Of a stretch of 64,000 nt of DNA, positions 8,627 through 17,970 are shown in pieces. The position numbers and the translations under genes were made by a program. Below the pieces are notes generated by a model. That model searched no databases and had not been told where the DNA came from. It was given only the letters and a program-made list of their open reading frames with translations. Positions within the stretch are counted from its first letter, which is position 1. Each line of letters begins with the position of its first letter. Origin of the DNA: Escherichia phage PC3; sequence record ON184125, one strand, 5' to 3'.

Positions 8627-9685
8627 ATGAAATTTCTTGATGAACAATTCATAAATTACGTTGCTCCCAGACTCGATAAATTCAAGTGGGAGCGCGTTGG
8701 TGCTGTCGCAAACTTCCGTTGTCCCCTGTGTGGAGATTCTCTCAAAAGTGCTAATAAGCGACGCGGTTATTTTTTCTTCGATCGAGATAATGACTGCTTC
8801 CGGTTTAAATGTCACAATTGCCATAACATGAATGGCTGGTCATTTGAGTTCTGGCTGAAGAAGTTCGACGAACGCCTCTCAACAGAGTACAACATGGAGA
8901 AGTTCCGTCTGCTGGGTGATACGTCGGGCAGACCACTTCCTTCCCTGAAGCCGTTGCCAAAGCTGACACAGACCGCCCGTATTGGCTCAGTGGCGGCGAA
9001 ACGCGACGAGAGCCTCCTCGGCAATATGCTACGGCTTGATCTGCTACCGCCTGACCATAAGGCTCGACAGTACGTACAGTGGCGTGGACTGCCGGAGAGC
9101 GCTTTGTCCCTCCTGTATTACACACAGCACTTCCGCCAGGATCTACTCCAGTTCGAAACGAACCCTGAGAAGCAGCTGAAAATTCCCGATGACGAGCGCC
9201 TGGTAATCCCATTCTGGACTCAGGATGGTCGCATGAAGATCGTTCAGGGGCGTGCATTCGACAAGAATGCGACACTGCGCTACGCAACAGTCAAGCCCAA
9301 GGATGAAGACACTAAGGTGTATGGTGAAGACCGGGTGAACATTCACAAGACCAAGCTGGTTGTGGAAGGTCCGATTGACAGCCTGTTCCTACCCAACTGT
9401 CTTGCATCGGCCGACGCTGATCTACTGAGCGTGAAGGGTGACATTTATATCCCTGATAATCAGTACCGGAACCCGCAGGTGTGTGACAGTATTCAGAAGA
9501 TGATAGATAAAGGTGTCAAAGTTGTACTGTTCCCACCAGACGTTCCTTGGAAGGATATCAACGACATGGTCATGCCATCAAAGGGCAACATGTCCATACA
9601 AGACCTCCTGAAACTGATCGCCAAGAACGTTTACCAAGGTATGGCTGCATCATTACAATTCGCTGAACTGAGGAAAGTGCGATGA
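8627..9685 (+). CDS. DNA primase (T4 gp61-like)
   Basis: 352 aa; zinc-ribbon CPLCGDS...CHNCHN near N-terminus, central RLVIPFW...QGRAFDK and VEGPIDSLF segments matching my recollection of T4 gp61. Confidence 0.8.
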   Translation: MKFLDEQFINYVAPRLDKFKWERVGAVANFRCPLCGDSLKSANKRRGYFFFDRDNDCFRFKCHNCHNMNGWSFEFWLKKFDERLSTEYNMEKFRLLGDTSGRPLPSLKPLPKLTQTARIGSVAAKRDESLLGNMLRLDLLPPDHKARQYVQWRGLPESALSLLYYTQHFRQDLLQFETNPEKQLKIPDDERLVIPFWTQDGRMKIVQGRAFDKNATLRYATVKPKDEDTKVYGEDRVNIHKTKLVVEGPIDSLFLPNCLASADADLLSVKGDIYIPDNQYRNPQVCDSIQKMIDKGVKVVLFPPDVPWKDINDMVMPSKGNMSIQDLLKLIAKNVYQGMAASLQFAELRKVR

Positions 9686-9888
9686 CGTTAGAAGAACTGA
9701 ACAAACTGGACGACGGAGAGATCGTGCGGGGGTACTTGAAATCTCGTGAGGGGTATGTCTTATCTGGGGAAGAATCTCCGAGTTTCATCCACGGCTGGAA
9801 GAATGGTCAGGCGGACTTCCATGGGGTTCCCATCAGTGATGAGCAAGCCGAATTGGCTCACGAGTTTGTAAGATTTCGCCCGAACTAA
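9682..9888 (+). CDS. hypothetical protein
   Basis: 68 aa, ATGA overlap with primase stop. Confidence 0.45.
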   Translation: MTLEELNKLDDGEIVRGYLKSREGYVLSGEESPSFIHGWKNGQADFHGVPISDEQAELAHEFVRFRPN

Positions 9889-9916
9889 AACTTTTTACTT
9901 CACATTACTTCCCTCC

Positions 9917-9941
9917 AGGCCTCATTCGACGAGGCCTTTTA
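9917..9941 (+). terminator. rho-independent terminator
   Basis: AGGCCTC-attcgac-GAGGCCT followed by TTTT. Confidence 0.7.
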
Positions 9942-9951
9942 AAATACTTCA

Positions 9952-9976
9952 AAAATAATTTTTTAAAAATTATTGA
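9952..9976 (+). repeat. AT-rich palindrome
   Basis: AATAATTTT tt AAAATTATT inverted repeat between terminator and promoter-like box. Confidence 0.5.
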
Positions 9977-9990
9977 AAAAGACTTTACTC

Positions 9991-10015
9991 TTCAATAATG
10001 ATGCACTATTATAGT
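9991..10015 (+). promoter_or_regulatory. promoter-like element (TTCAATAA box + TATTAT/TATAGT -10-like)
   Basis: TTCAATAA at 9991 followed 11-13 nt later by TATTATAGT; member of recurring motif class (see findings). Confidence 0.45.
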
Positions 10016-10085
10016 TCACATAGGGCGGCAACACACCGCCGAATGAAAAGTGAAACGCACCAACTACATTATGAGGAATTACATC

Positions 10086-10574
10086 ATGGCTACTACCAAA
10101 ACTCTGATCACCAACGGCACCATCTCTTTCGAACTGAACACCGAAGTTGCTAAAGTTGAAATGTTCCGCATCGCTCAGGCAGCTGGCTTCACTGGTGGTA
10201 AAACTTCCTTCATGAACCTGCTGAACGGTAAAGTGAAATCGACAAACGGCTTCACCCTGGTAGAGCAGGTTGTGGTTGATAAAGCTGTGGTTGCTAAGAC
10301 TGCCGACAAAGTTGGTATGCTGAAAAACCTGGGTCACGACATCCACATTGTCGAAGCAAACACCGAAACTTACGGCACCATCGTAGTCGGTAAAGGTCGC
10401 ATCCAGCTGAACCCGCTGAACAACGGTTCCTTCTCTGTGATGGTCTTCCCTAAGAAAGGCTACGCAAACGAAGACATCGTGAAAGCGGCTGGTGGTGAAG
10501 CAAAAGCTCAGTACGTCAAAATGGGTAAACTGAGCGCCGACGCAGTTGAAGCTCTGGTGAGCAAACTGGCCTAA
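10086..10574 (+). CDS. hypothetical protein (162 aa) with strongly biased codon usage suggesting high expression
   Basis: MATTKTLITNGT...; near-exclusive use of CTG, GGT, AAC, GAA, ATC, CGC-type codons; own promoter-like box and terminators on both sides. Confidence 0.75.
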   Translation: MATTKTLITNGTISFELNTEVAKVEMFRIAQAAGFTGGKTSFMNLLNGKVKSTNGFTLVEQVVVDKAVVAKTADKVGMLKNLGHDIHIVEANTETYGTIVVGKGRIQLNPLNNGSFSVMVFPKKGYANEDIVKAAGGEAKAQYVKMGKLSADAVEALVSKLA

Positions 10575-10588
10575 GCCAGACGCATAAC

Positions 10589-10621
10589 AGGGGAGGCAAC
10601 TCCCCTCCCATTCAGATTTTT
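10589..10621 (+). terminator. rho-independent terminator
   Basis: AGGGGAG-gcaa-CTCCCCT hairpin with downstream TTTTT. Confidence 0.6.
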
Positions 10622-10635
10622 GGTAGGAGATTACC

Positions 10636-10824
10636 ATGTCCCTCGCAGTCATCCAAGCCTCAGCAGGCACTCTCTGGGTTGCCGACCGCATTCCGAACAA
10701 AGTCTTCCCTCAGTTCCAAGAGGAACTCGAGCAGGTGATGTTGGCAGTCTTGGAAAAATACGGGTACGACGCCGAAGTTCGTACGTCCTTCAAAGAAGTT
10801 ATGCCAGTGGTGGTAGCAAGATGA
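10636..10824 (+). CDS. hypothetical protein
   Basis: 62 aa, SD GGAG upstream. Confidence 0.5.
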   Translation: MSLAVIQASAGTLWVADRIPNKVFPQFQEELEQVMLAVLEKYGYDAEVRTSFKEVMPVVVAR

Positions 10825-11162
10825 ACCAGATCGATATCAAGGTTGAATGGTTCGCGAACAAACGATCTTATTATGCGTTCATATACGCCATAGAATGTTG
10901 TCAGAAACTTCAGAATCTCGCGAATAAGGGATACACATTCATTGACCAATATTCTAATGTTCGGAAGAACTGGGAGATTGAGATCGACGGCTCAGAGTCA
11001 TGTGTACTCCTCGACAGAACATGTTTCGCTGGTGGGGAATGGGTTGAAACTCCAGAAGGGAATAAGATCTGGTGTACCAAGAAAGCCGTTGACAGCTTCT
11101 TGAGACACATCAGATGCATACCACCTTCTAATTTGAAGACTGCTTTGTCCCACGTTTCATAG
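10821..11162 (+). CDS. hypothetical protein
   Basis: 113 aa from ATG overlapping previous stop (ATGA); track ORF 10620 trimmed to Met 68. Confidence 0.5.
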   Translation: MNQIDIKVEWFANKRSYYAFIYAIECCQKLQNLANKGYTFIDQYSNVRKNWEIEIDGSESCVLLDRTCFAGGEWVETPEGNKIWCTKKAVDSFLRHIRCIPPSNLKTALSHVS

Positions 11163-11184
11163 TATAATTCTGTTCCTCGAGTAG

Positions 11185-11202
11185 TTCACTTTCACTTTCA
11201 CT
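11185..11202 (+). repeat. tandem hexamer (TTCACT)x3
   Basis: TTCACTTTCACTTTCACT directly upstream of an SD-sequestering hairpin AAATACCTC...GAGGTATTT (11205-11235). Confidence 0.6.
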
Positions 11203-11239
11203 TTAAATACCTCTGCATTCATTGTGGAGGTATTTTCTT

Positions 11240-12034
11240 ATGGCCATTCTAAAACTTGGCAACCGTGGCACTGAAGTGAAGGCACTCCAGGATAGCCTCA
11301 ACAAAATCGGCTTCACCCTCGTCGCTGATGGTATCTTTGGCAAGGCAACAGAGAACGCCGTCAAGACTGTTCAGGCGGGTGCGGGGCTTGTCATTGATGG
11401 TATCGTGGGTCCAAAGACCTCCTATGCTATTCGCAACGCCGGAGACGCCCATCAGGATCATCTAACTGAGTCAGACCTGATTGATGCTGCTAACGATCTG
11501 GGTGTTGACCTTGCCTCTGTCAAGGCGGTGAATCAGGTTGAGTCGCGCGGCACGGGCTTCACCAAGTCAGGTAAGATCAAGACATTATTTGAGCGCCACA
11601 TCATGTATAAGAAGCTGATGGCGAAGTTCGGACAGGCTCGGGCGAATGCCATGGGGCATATGTACCCGACGTTGGTCAACCCTTCTGCAGGCGGGTACAC
11701 GGGCGGCGACGCGGAGTTGGATCGACTTCATGCGGCCATCAACATCGATGAGGATTGTGCGTACGAGAGCGCCTCTTACGGTCTCTTCCAGATCATGGGA
11801 TTCAACTGCCAGGTCTGTGGATATGCCAACGCCAAGGAGATGTTCAACGACTTCCTGACAGGAGAACGTGCTCATTTGATGGCATTCGTGAAGTTCATCA
11901 AGGCCGACGCCAAGCTCTGGCAGGCTCTGAAGGACAAGAACTGGTCTGAATTTGCGCGGCGCTATAATGGTCCAGCGTATGCCAAGAACCAGTACGACAA
12001 GAAGCTCGCAGCAGCATACAAGAGTTTCAGTTAA
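11240..12034 (+). CDS. endolysin: N-terminal peptidoglycan-binding domain + DUF3380-type N-acetylmuramidase
   Basis: 264 aa from ATG (track ORF starts at TTG 11222); LKLGNRGTEVKALQDSLNKIGF...DGIFGKAT PG_binding_1-like repeat; C-terminal ESASYGLFQIMGFN motif typical of DUF3380 muramidases. Confidence 0.8.
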   Translation: MAILKLGNRGTEVKALQDSLNKIGFTLVADGIFGKATENAVKTVQAGAGLVIDGIVGPKTSYAIRNAGDAHQDHLTESDLIDAANDLGVDLASVKAVNQVESRGTGFTKSGKIKTLFERHIMYKKLMAKFGQARANAMGHMYPTLVNPSAGGYTGGDAELDRLHAAINIDEDCAYESASYGLFQIMGFNCQVCGYANAKEMFNDFLTGERAHLMAFVKFIKADAKLWQALKDKNWSEFARRYNGPAYAKNQYDKKLAAAYKSFS

Positions 12035-12037
12035 CTC

Positions 12038-12062
12038 AAAGGCCGGAAACGGCCTTTTCTTT
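12038..12062 (+). terminator. rho-independent terminator
   Basis: AGGCCG-gaaa-CGGCCT followed by TTTTCTTT. Confidence 0.7.
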
Positions 12063-12136
12063 ATCCAATCCTCAGGTATGCTGGGGTTGTCACCTTAATT
12101 AGAGGTGATGACACCCTGAGATATAGGAAGGTTCCC

Positions 12137-12979
12137 ATGCAATCTGCCACCAAAGTTGTAAGTAAGAAGCCAGCGGGCAAGACCAAGTCAGCACGTAAGA
12201 AAGAGACAATCCAGAAAGAAGATGACTGGATGAAGTTCTCTAAAGGTGACTTCAGAATCGCTCCGTTCAATGGCCTCTCAGAAAATCAGAACCTCGCGTA
12301 TCAATCTGCTCTTGAAGAAAACCTCACCATCGCAATCGGTCCGGCAGGCACAGGTAAATCGTATTGTGGTGCCTCAGCCGCCGCCAAGCTCCTGATCGAT
12401 AAAGTGGTCAGTAAGATCGTCATCACGCGCTCTCCGCTGCCAACAGGCCAGACTGCAGGCTTCCGCCCTGGCGACACATACGAAAAACTGATGCCATATC
12501 TGATGCCCCTGATTCAGACACTGAAGAAGGTGCTGAAGACTGACACAGGCAGCGACGGTTTCTTCAACTATCTGTGGGAGAAGCGGATCATTGAGATCCA
12601 GGATCTGGAGACCATCAAGGGGATGACCTTCGACGACACCTTCCTGATCATTGAAGAAGCGCAGGAATGTGATATGGAGCAGCTGAAGAACCTACTGACC
12701 CGCGCATCCGACTCGACTTACATCTTTGTCAACGGTGACATCAAACAGTCCAACAAGCGCCTGCGCGACAGCGCCCTTGAAAAGTACGTCAGTTCCTTCC
12801 GCGACTTCAACGCCAAGCTGGAGGCCGGAACCCTGAAGATCGATGGTGTTGGCGTCGGTGATGAGTACCCTGAATGGGTTCAGCCGTTCAGTATCATCGA
12901 GTTCGACAAGTCTGACCGCAACGGGCGCGGTGACTTCACCCGCCTGATGCTGGAAGTCAACGATCTGTACGACATTTAA
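12137..12979 (+). CDS. phoH: PhoH-like ATPase
   Basis: 280 aa; Walker A GPAGTGKS, typical PhoH-family organisation. Confidence 0.8.
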   Translation: MQSATKVVSKKPAGKTKSARKKETIQKEDDWMKFSKGDFRIAPFNGLSENQNLAYQSALEENLTIAIGPAGTGKSYCGASAAAKLLIDKVVSKIVITRSPLPTGQTAGFRPGDTYEKLMPYLMPLIQTLKKVLKTDTGSDGFFNYLWEKRIIEIQDLETIKGMTFDDTFLIIEEAQECDMEQLKNLLTRASDSTYIFVNGDIKQSNKRLRDSALEKYVSSFRDFNAKLEAGTLKIDGVGVGDEYPEWVQPFSIIEFDKSDRNGRGDFTRLMLEVNDLYDI

Positions 12980-13005
12980 GTAACTCGCCAACCCTCCCCG
13001 CCGCC

Positions 13006-13031
13006 TTCAATCTACGAGGGCGGCGTATAAT
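13006..13031 (+). promoter_or_regulatory. promoter-like element TTCAAT-N14-TATAAT overlapping a GC hairpin
   Basis: CGCCGCC-ttcaatctacgag-GGCGGCG then TATAAT; TTCAAT lies in the loop. Confidence 0.45.
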
Positions 13032-13062
13032 AAAACCTGCGTAAACAAACCCGAGGAACACC

Positions 13063-15345
13063 ATGATTAACGTTATAAAACGTGACGGATCTTCTGTCCC
13101 ATTTGATATTGAGAAACTACACGCAGTCGTAGACCGCGCCTGTGATGGCCTGTCTGGTGTGTCAATGTCAGAGGTGATCGCTGCATCGAAGATTCAGTTC
13201 ACCGACAACATGAGAACAGATCGCATTCAGGATATCCTCATCCAGGCTGCGGCTTCACTGATCTCTGTAGACAAACCCAATTACCAGTATGTGGCTGCTC
13301 GTCTGAAGTCGTATGATCTGCGCAAGGCTGTCTACGGTCAGTACAAGCCGCCTCACCTGCTGGACATCTTCGTCAAGAACATCAAACAGCGCGTGTATGA
13401 TCGTGAGTTCCTTGATCTCTACACGACCGAAGAGTTCAACGAGCTGAACGATGTCATCAATCACAAACGCGATAAGAACTTCACGTGGGCGGCCATGGGT
13501 CAGCTGACTGAGAAGTACCTGTTGCGCGACCGTTCCAAGAAAGACAGCAAGATCTTCTACGAAACCCCTCAGGTCATGTACATGGGCATCGCCATGGCGT
13601 TGTTCTCTAACTGGGACAAAGCCAGCCGCCTGGAGATGGTGAAAAAGTTCTATGAATATGCCAGCACAGGCAAGTTCAGTCTTCCCACCCCGATTATGGC
13701 AGGTGTTCGTACTCCTACCCGTCAGTTCAGTTCCTGTGTGTTAATCAAGACTAATGACACCCTGAACTCTATCAACGCAACAGCCAAGACCATCGTTGAC
13801 TATGTGTCCAAACGTGCGGGTATCGGCTTCGATGTCGGGGTAATCCGTGGGATTGGTAGTCCTATTCGCGGCGGAGAGATGGTTCACACAGGCCTGATCC
13901 CGTTCATCAAGTATCTCACTGGGGCACTCAAATCGTGCTCTCAGGGCGGCATTCGTGGTGGTGCAGCAACAGCGTACATCCCTCTGTGGCATTACCAGTT
14001 CGATGACGTCGTTGTTCTGAAGAACAACCGTGGTACTGAAGAAAACCGCGAACGCCGTATCGACTATGGCATTCAGATCAACCGCGTGATGTTTGAGCGC
14101 CTTGTTGCCAAGCAGCCTCTGTATCTGTTCGACCCGAAAGACAACCGCGAAATGTATGAAGCATACTTCGCTGACGTTGACAAGTTCCGTACTCTGTATG
14201 AGAACATGATCAAGGCCGCCGATGCCGGTTTGGTTCGTGCTAAAAAGTTGCAGGCAGAAGAGGTGTTCCAGATGCTGTTAGACCAGCGTTCAGACACAGG
14301 CCGCATCTACATCGCGTTTGTCGATCACATGAATGAATACAGTCCATTCAACCTAGACACGATTTATTCTTCAAATCTTTGTTTAGAAATCGCCCTGCCG
14401 ACCCGTGAGTTTGAGCAGTACAACGATGAAAACGGGCGCGTGGCTCTGTGCACCCTGGCTTCCTTCAACCTGACGGCGTTCGAAGATCCTACGGAAATGG
14501 AAGACGTGGCGTTCGTGTTGGTATCTGCGCTGGACATGCTGTTGGAATATCAGGACTATCCAGCGATTCAGGCTCGTAAAGCTGTTGAAGACTATCGTCC
14601 TCTGGGTGTTGGTATCGTGAACGTGGCTCACTTCTTGGCCAAGAACTTCACGGGCTATGGCTCACCAGCTGGTCTTGAAATGCTGGATGCGTGGATGGCA
14701 CACCTACACTTCTATCTGGTCAAGGCTTCCAACCGCCTGGCTATGAAGTTCGGGGCGTGTAAACGCGGAACCATCCACAATAATGGGCAGGTCACCGCCG
14801 ACCTTCAGCCGCTTCCACTTGATATCCTACCAAATGGCAAGAAGCCAGAAGGGATGGCATACGGGCTGGATTGGGATGGGTTGAAGGATAATCTGAAGAC
14901 CTATGGTATCCGCAACGCCACCCTGCTGGCCGTAGCCCCTACCGAAAGCTCCTCACAGGTCCTCAACGCAACGAACGGTATTGAGCCACCGAAGGGCTTG
15001 GTGAGCATCAAGGGTAGCAAGGACGGCACTTATAAGCAGGTCGTCCCGGACGTTGAGACCCTTGGACCGATGTATGACCTCAAGTGGGACCTGGACTGTA
15101 TTGAGTACCTGAAGACCGCTGCTGTCATCCAGCGCTGGGTTGACCAGTCCATCAGTACCAACACGTGGTATGACCCAGAGAAGTACCCTGACAGCAAGAT
15201 CCCTCGCGCCAAGATGATGCAGGATATCCTGTCGTTCTATATGTGGGGTGGCAAGACTCTGTATTACAACACAAACAAGGACGCCAAGGAAGACGAAGAG
15301 CTGAAACAGGCTGAGGAAACTCAGTGCGACAGCTGTGTTGTATAA
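13063..15345 (+). CDS. nrdA: ribonucleotide reductase large subunit (class Ia NrdA)
   Basis: 760 aa; ATP-cone-like N-terminus (VIKRDGSSVPFDIEKL), conserved NLCLEI active-site segment, C-terminal CDSCVV redox tail. Confidence 0.95.
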   Translation: MINVIKRDGSSVPFDIEKLHAVVDRACDGLSGVSMSEVIAASKIQFTDNMRTDRIQDILIQAAASLISVDKPNYQYVAARLKSYDLRKAVYGQYKPPHLLDIFVKNIKQRVYDREFLDLYTTEEFNELNDVINHKRDKNFTWAAMGQLTEKYLLRDRSKKDSKIFYETPQVMYMGIAMALFSNWDKASRLEMVKKFYEYASTGKFSLPTPIMAGVRTPTRQFSSCVLIKTNDTLNSINATAKTIVDYVSKRAGIGFDVGVIRGIGSPIRGGEMVHTGLIPFIKYLTGALKSCSQGGIRGGAATAYIPLWHYQFDDVVVLKNNRGTEENRERRIDYGIQINRVMFERLVAKQPLYLFDPKDNREMYEAYFADVDKFRTLYENMIKAADAGLVRAKKLQAEEVFQMLLDQRSDTGRIYIAFVDHMNEYSPFNLDTIYSSNLCLEIALPTREFEQYNDENGRVALCTLASFNLTAFEDPTEMEDVAFVLVSALDMLLEYQDYPAIQARKAVEDYRPLGVGIVNVAHFLAKNFTGYGSPAGLEMLDAWMAHLHFYLVKASNRLAMKFGACKRGTIHNNGQVTADLQPLPLDILPNGKKPEGMAYGLDWDGLKDNLKTYGIRNATLLAVAPTESSSQVLNATNGIEPPKGLVSIKGSKDGTYKQVVPDVETLGPMYDLKWDLDCIEYLKTAAVIQRWVDQSISTNTWYDPEKYPDSKIPRAKMMQDILSFYMWGGKTLYYNTNKDAKEDEELKQAEETQCDSCVV

Positions 15346-15376
15346 ATTGGTCTAAACCTACTACCGTTATATCATC

Positions 15377-15396
15377 AGGGGTGAGAGATCACCCCT
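15377..15396 (+). other. intergenic hairpin flanked by direct repeat ATCATCAGG
   Basis: AGGGGTGA-gaga-TCACCCCT perfect 8 bp stem between nrdA and the next ORF; no T-run. Confidence 0.6.
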
Positions 15397-15414
15397 ATTC
15401 ATCAGGAGTTCTAT

Positions 15415-15708
15415 ATGTTCCAAACGTTATTGTTAGTCCCTGGCCAACCAGGTATCTTGCTCGAACACAACAGCAAAATGGAAGCGGAGAATGTTCTCCG
15501 CAACGTGAAGGTGGCCACTGCTTGGCACAACGGCGGCGAAGTCACGGCTATCCCGTTGAATTACACGGATCCAATGGATACTGTGAACCGTACTCACATC
15601 CTTCTAGACCTTAGCAAATTACCTGCAGACAAACGCCAGGATTTTGTTGTTAACATCAAGAATTACATCACCACTGAACAGATCAAACTCCACGAAGGCA
15701 AGGCATAA
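15415..15708 (+). CDS. hypothetical protein
   Basis: 97 aa between nrdA and nrdB. Confidence 0.5.
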   Translation: MFQTLLLVPGQPGILLEHNSKMEAENVLRNVKVATAWHNGGEVTAIPLNYTDPMDTVNRTHILLDLSKLPADKRQDFVVNIKNYITTEQIKLHEGKA

Positions 15709-15709
15709 C

Positions 15710-16813
15710 ATGAGCGAACAGAAACAATTCTCCGTATTCGACCCAAGCTCGGACAACACTGGTCTACCGTTCTTCGGTGACCCAGTGAGCATCCAGCGTT
15801 ACGATGTCGTGGCCTGGCCATTCGTACAGAAGTGGTATGAGAAAGGTCTCAGCCAGTTCTGGCGCCCTGAAGAGGTGGACATCACCAAGGACAAGGCAGA
15901 CTTCGCTACTCTGAACGAAGCAGAGAAACATGTCTACTTCAGCAACCTGAAGCGCCAGACCATGCTGGACTCTATCCAGGGTGCGGCACCGTTCGAGGCG
16001 TTTGGTCCATGGGCGTCTACCCCTGAAATGCAGTTTGCTGTCCTTGAATGGACGCGCCAGGAAGCCATTCACTCTTTATCATACACCCACATTTTGCGCA
16101 ACACTGTGAACGATCCAGGTATCGTGTTTGACCACGTACTGGATGTTGTGGAGATCGTGGACTGTGCTCACCAGATCAGTGTGTACTACGATGACATGGT
16201 ACAGTACAGTGGCATGCGTATGGCCGGACGCATCTTCACCCGAGAAGATCTGATGAATGCCAAACGCGCATTCTGGCGTGCTCTGTTTGCTGCCAACACA
16301 CTGGAAGGTATCCGCTTCTACGTGTCCTTTGCATGCTCTTGGGCATTCACACAGTTCCAGAAGAAAATGGAAGGCAATGCCAAAATCATTCGACAGATCG
16401 CCCGTGATGAGCAGGATCACCTGATCCTGACCCAGACGCTGCTAAACCGCCTGCCTGGTATGGACCCCGACTTTGCAATCATCCGTGAGGAACTGCGTGG
16501 TGAGATGACCCAGATGTTCCTGGACGTGGTCCATCAGGAGAAGGAGTGGGCGAACTACCTATTCAAAGACGGTTCCATCCTGGGGCTGAACGCCAAGATC
16601 CTTCATCAGATGGTAGACTGGCTGGCAACCCACCGGATGGGCGCTATCGGGCACCCATATCCCGGTGAACCTCGCAAGGAGAACCCAGTCCCATGGATTA
16701 ATGACTGGCTAGATAATAAGGCAATGCAGTACGCGTTGCAGGAAGCGGAAGCTCCTGATTATCTGATGGGTGTACTGACTGGTTCGGTATCCGATGGCCT
16801 CAAATTCGCTTAA
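15710..16813 (+). CDS. nrdB: ribonucleotide reductase small subunit (NrdB)
   Basis: 367 aa from Met 23 of track ORF 15644; diiron-ligand-like EEAIHS and E...H motifs; directly downstream of nrdA. Confidence 0.9.
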   Translation: MSEQKQFSVFDPSSDNTGLPFFGDPVSIQRYDVVAWPFVQKWYEKGLSQFWRPEEVDITKDKADFATLNEAEKHVYFSNLKRQTMLDSIQGAAPFEAFGPWASTPEMQFAVLEWTRQEAIHSLSYTHILRNTVNDPGIVFDHVLDVVEIVDCAHQISVYYDDMVQYSGMRMAGRIFTREDLMNAKRAFWRALFAANTLEGIRFYVSFACSWAFTQFQKKMEGNAKIIRQIARDEQDHLILTQTLLNRLPGMDPDFAIIREELRGEMTQMFLDVVHQEKEWANYLFKDGSILGLNAKILHQMVDWLATHRMGAIGHPYPGEPRKENPVPWINDWLDNKAMQYALQEAEAPDYLMGVLTGSVSDGLKFA

Positions 16814-16822
16814 AGGTGAGAA

Positions 16823-17047
16823 ATGATTACGATCTATTCCAAACAAGGTTGCGCTCAGTGTGTAACAGCCGAAAATCTGTGCAAAATGAAAGGGCTGGAG
16901 CACAAGATCCTCAAGCTGGACAAAGATTACCGGCTGGAAGAACTTCAGCAGTTGACGGGTAAGCCGCGCGTGTCGATGCCTGTAATCGTCCTCGCTGACC
17001 AGACCGTGACCGACGTTAATGGACTCGCCGCCAGCCTTAAACGCTGA
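16823..17047 (+). CDS. glutaredoxin-like redoxin (NrdH/NrdC-type)
   Basis: 74 aa with CAQC active-site-like motif immediately after nrdB. Confidence 0.7.
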   Translation: MITIYSKQGCAQCVTAENLCKMKGLEHKILKLDKDYRLEELQQLTGKPRVSMPVIVLADQTVTDVNGLAASLKR

Positions 17048-17055
17048 CAAGCCAA

Positions 17056-17080
17056 AGCCCCTCAATGAGGGGCTTTACTT
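17056..17080 (+). terminator. rho-independent terminator
   Basis: AGCCCCTC-aat-GAGGGGCT followed by TTACTTTT. Confidence 0.7.
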
Positions 17081-17152
17081 TTGAAACACCCTCCACTATA
17101 CTTCCCAGTAATTCATTGGCATTCGCCACAAATTGAAAGCGGGAACTATATC

Positions 17153-17614
17153 ATGACAAACAAAGTACTCACCAACCCACTGCACAACTTCGGTTACATT
17201 CAACTCCCTCTGGTGATCGACACCCTGTACGCCGACGACAAAGAAGAGATCTGCTGGTCACCCACCGCACTGATTGAACGCGAAATCTTCAAGTCTGTTG
17301 TTGATGTCATGTTCCGTATCGGTCGCAATGGACCTCTGGTCTACCTCGGCAAGGTGACTGAGTTGAAGACAAGCCACAACGAACGCTTCCTTCGTATCGA
17401 TACAACGGGGTGCTCTCATCAGGACTTCAACACATTGCGCAATTATGTTCTGGTCAACCGCCCGGTCAGTCAACACCGCCCGTATCTGACTTCAATGCAC
17501 ATCGACAATTTCATCACCGACGTGCACCTCCGCGCCGAAACCCTCCATGAAGAGGAAACAGGCCGAGCTATCGACACAGTCTTAAATATGGTTGTGATCA
17601 CCCTGGCGGAGTAG
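17153..17614 (+). CDS. hypothetical protein
   Basis: 153 aa from ATG preceded by GGGAACTATATC (track ORF 17081 trimmed to Met 25). Confidence 0.6.
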   Translation: MTNKVLTNPLHNFGYIQLPLVIDTLYADDKEEICWSPTALIEREIFKSVVDVMFRIGRNGPLVYLGKVTELKTSHNERFLRIDTTGCSHQDFNTLRNYVLVNRPVSQHRPYLTSMHIDNFITDVHLRAETLHEEETGRAIDTVLNMVVITLAE

Positions 17615-17619
17615 TCCTC

Positions 17620-17970
17620 ATGCAAGATTACAAAGAGTTGAGAATGCAGCTGACAGTCCCCATACCAGACAAAGGTTTATACCAAAACCTGCATCATCTG
17701 ATGTCTGAAGGGCATATGCTGCCTTTGCGGTCTGAGGATGGATCTCAAATCGGTTATGCCACCAGTTGCGTGGTCTACGACAAACCAGGAGACGAAGAGC
17801 GCGGACAGGTCAGTGTGGGTTCCAGATTTGTGTTGAACAAGAAGCTGGAGGGATCAGTGGTTGACGTCAGGCCGATGATTATCCTCTACCAATTCAACGG
17901 TAAAGAGATGTTCAGGTTATTGAGCCACTTCATGTTAGTCGTGGCTCCGGCATTCAGGACGAAATTCTAA
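17620..17970 (+). CDS. hypothetical protein
   Basis: 116 aa, SD GGAG upstream. Confidence 0.5.
   Translation: MQDYKELRMQLTVPIPDKGLYQNLHHLMSEGHMLPLRSEDGSQIGYATSCVVYDKPGDEERGQVSVGSRFVLNKKLEGSVVDVRPMIILYQFNGKEMFRLLSHFMLVVAPAFRTKF

Noticed and set aside
9963-10700. 245 aa minus-strand ORF spanning the highly expressed 162 aa gene
   Set aside because: It would run through two terminators and the promoter region; the sense gene has strong codon bias and an SD, the antisense frame does not.
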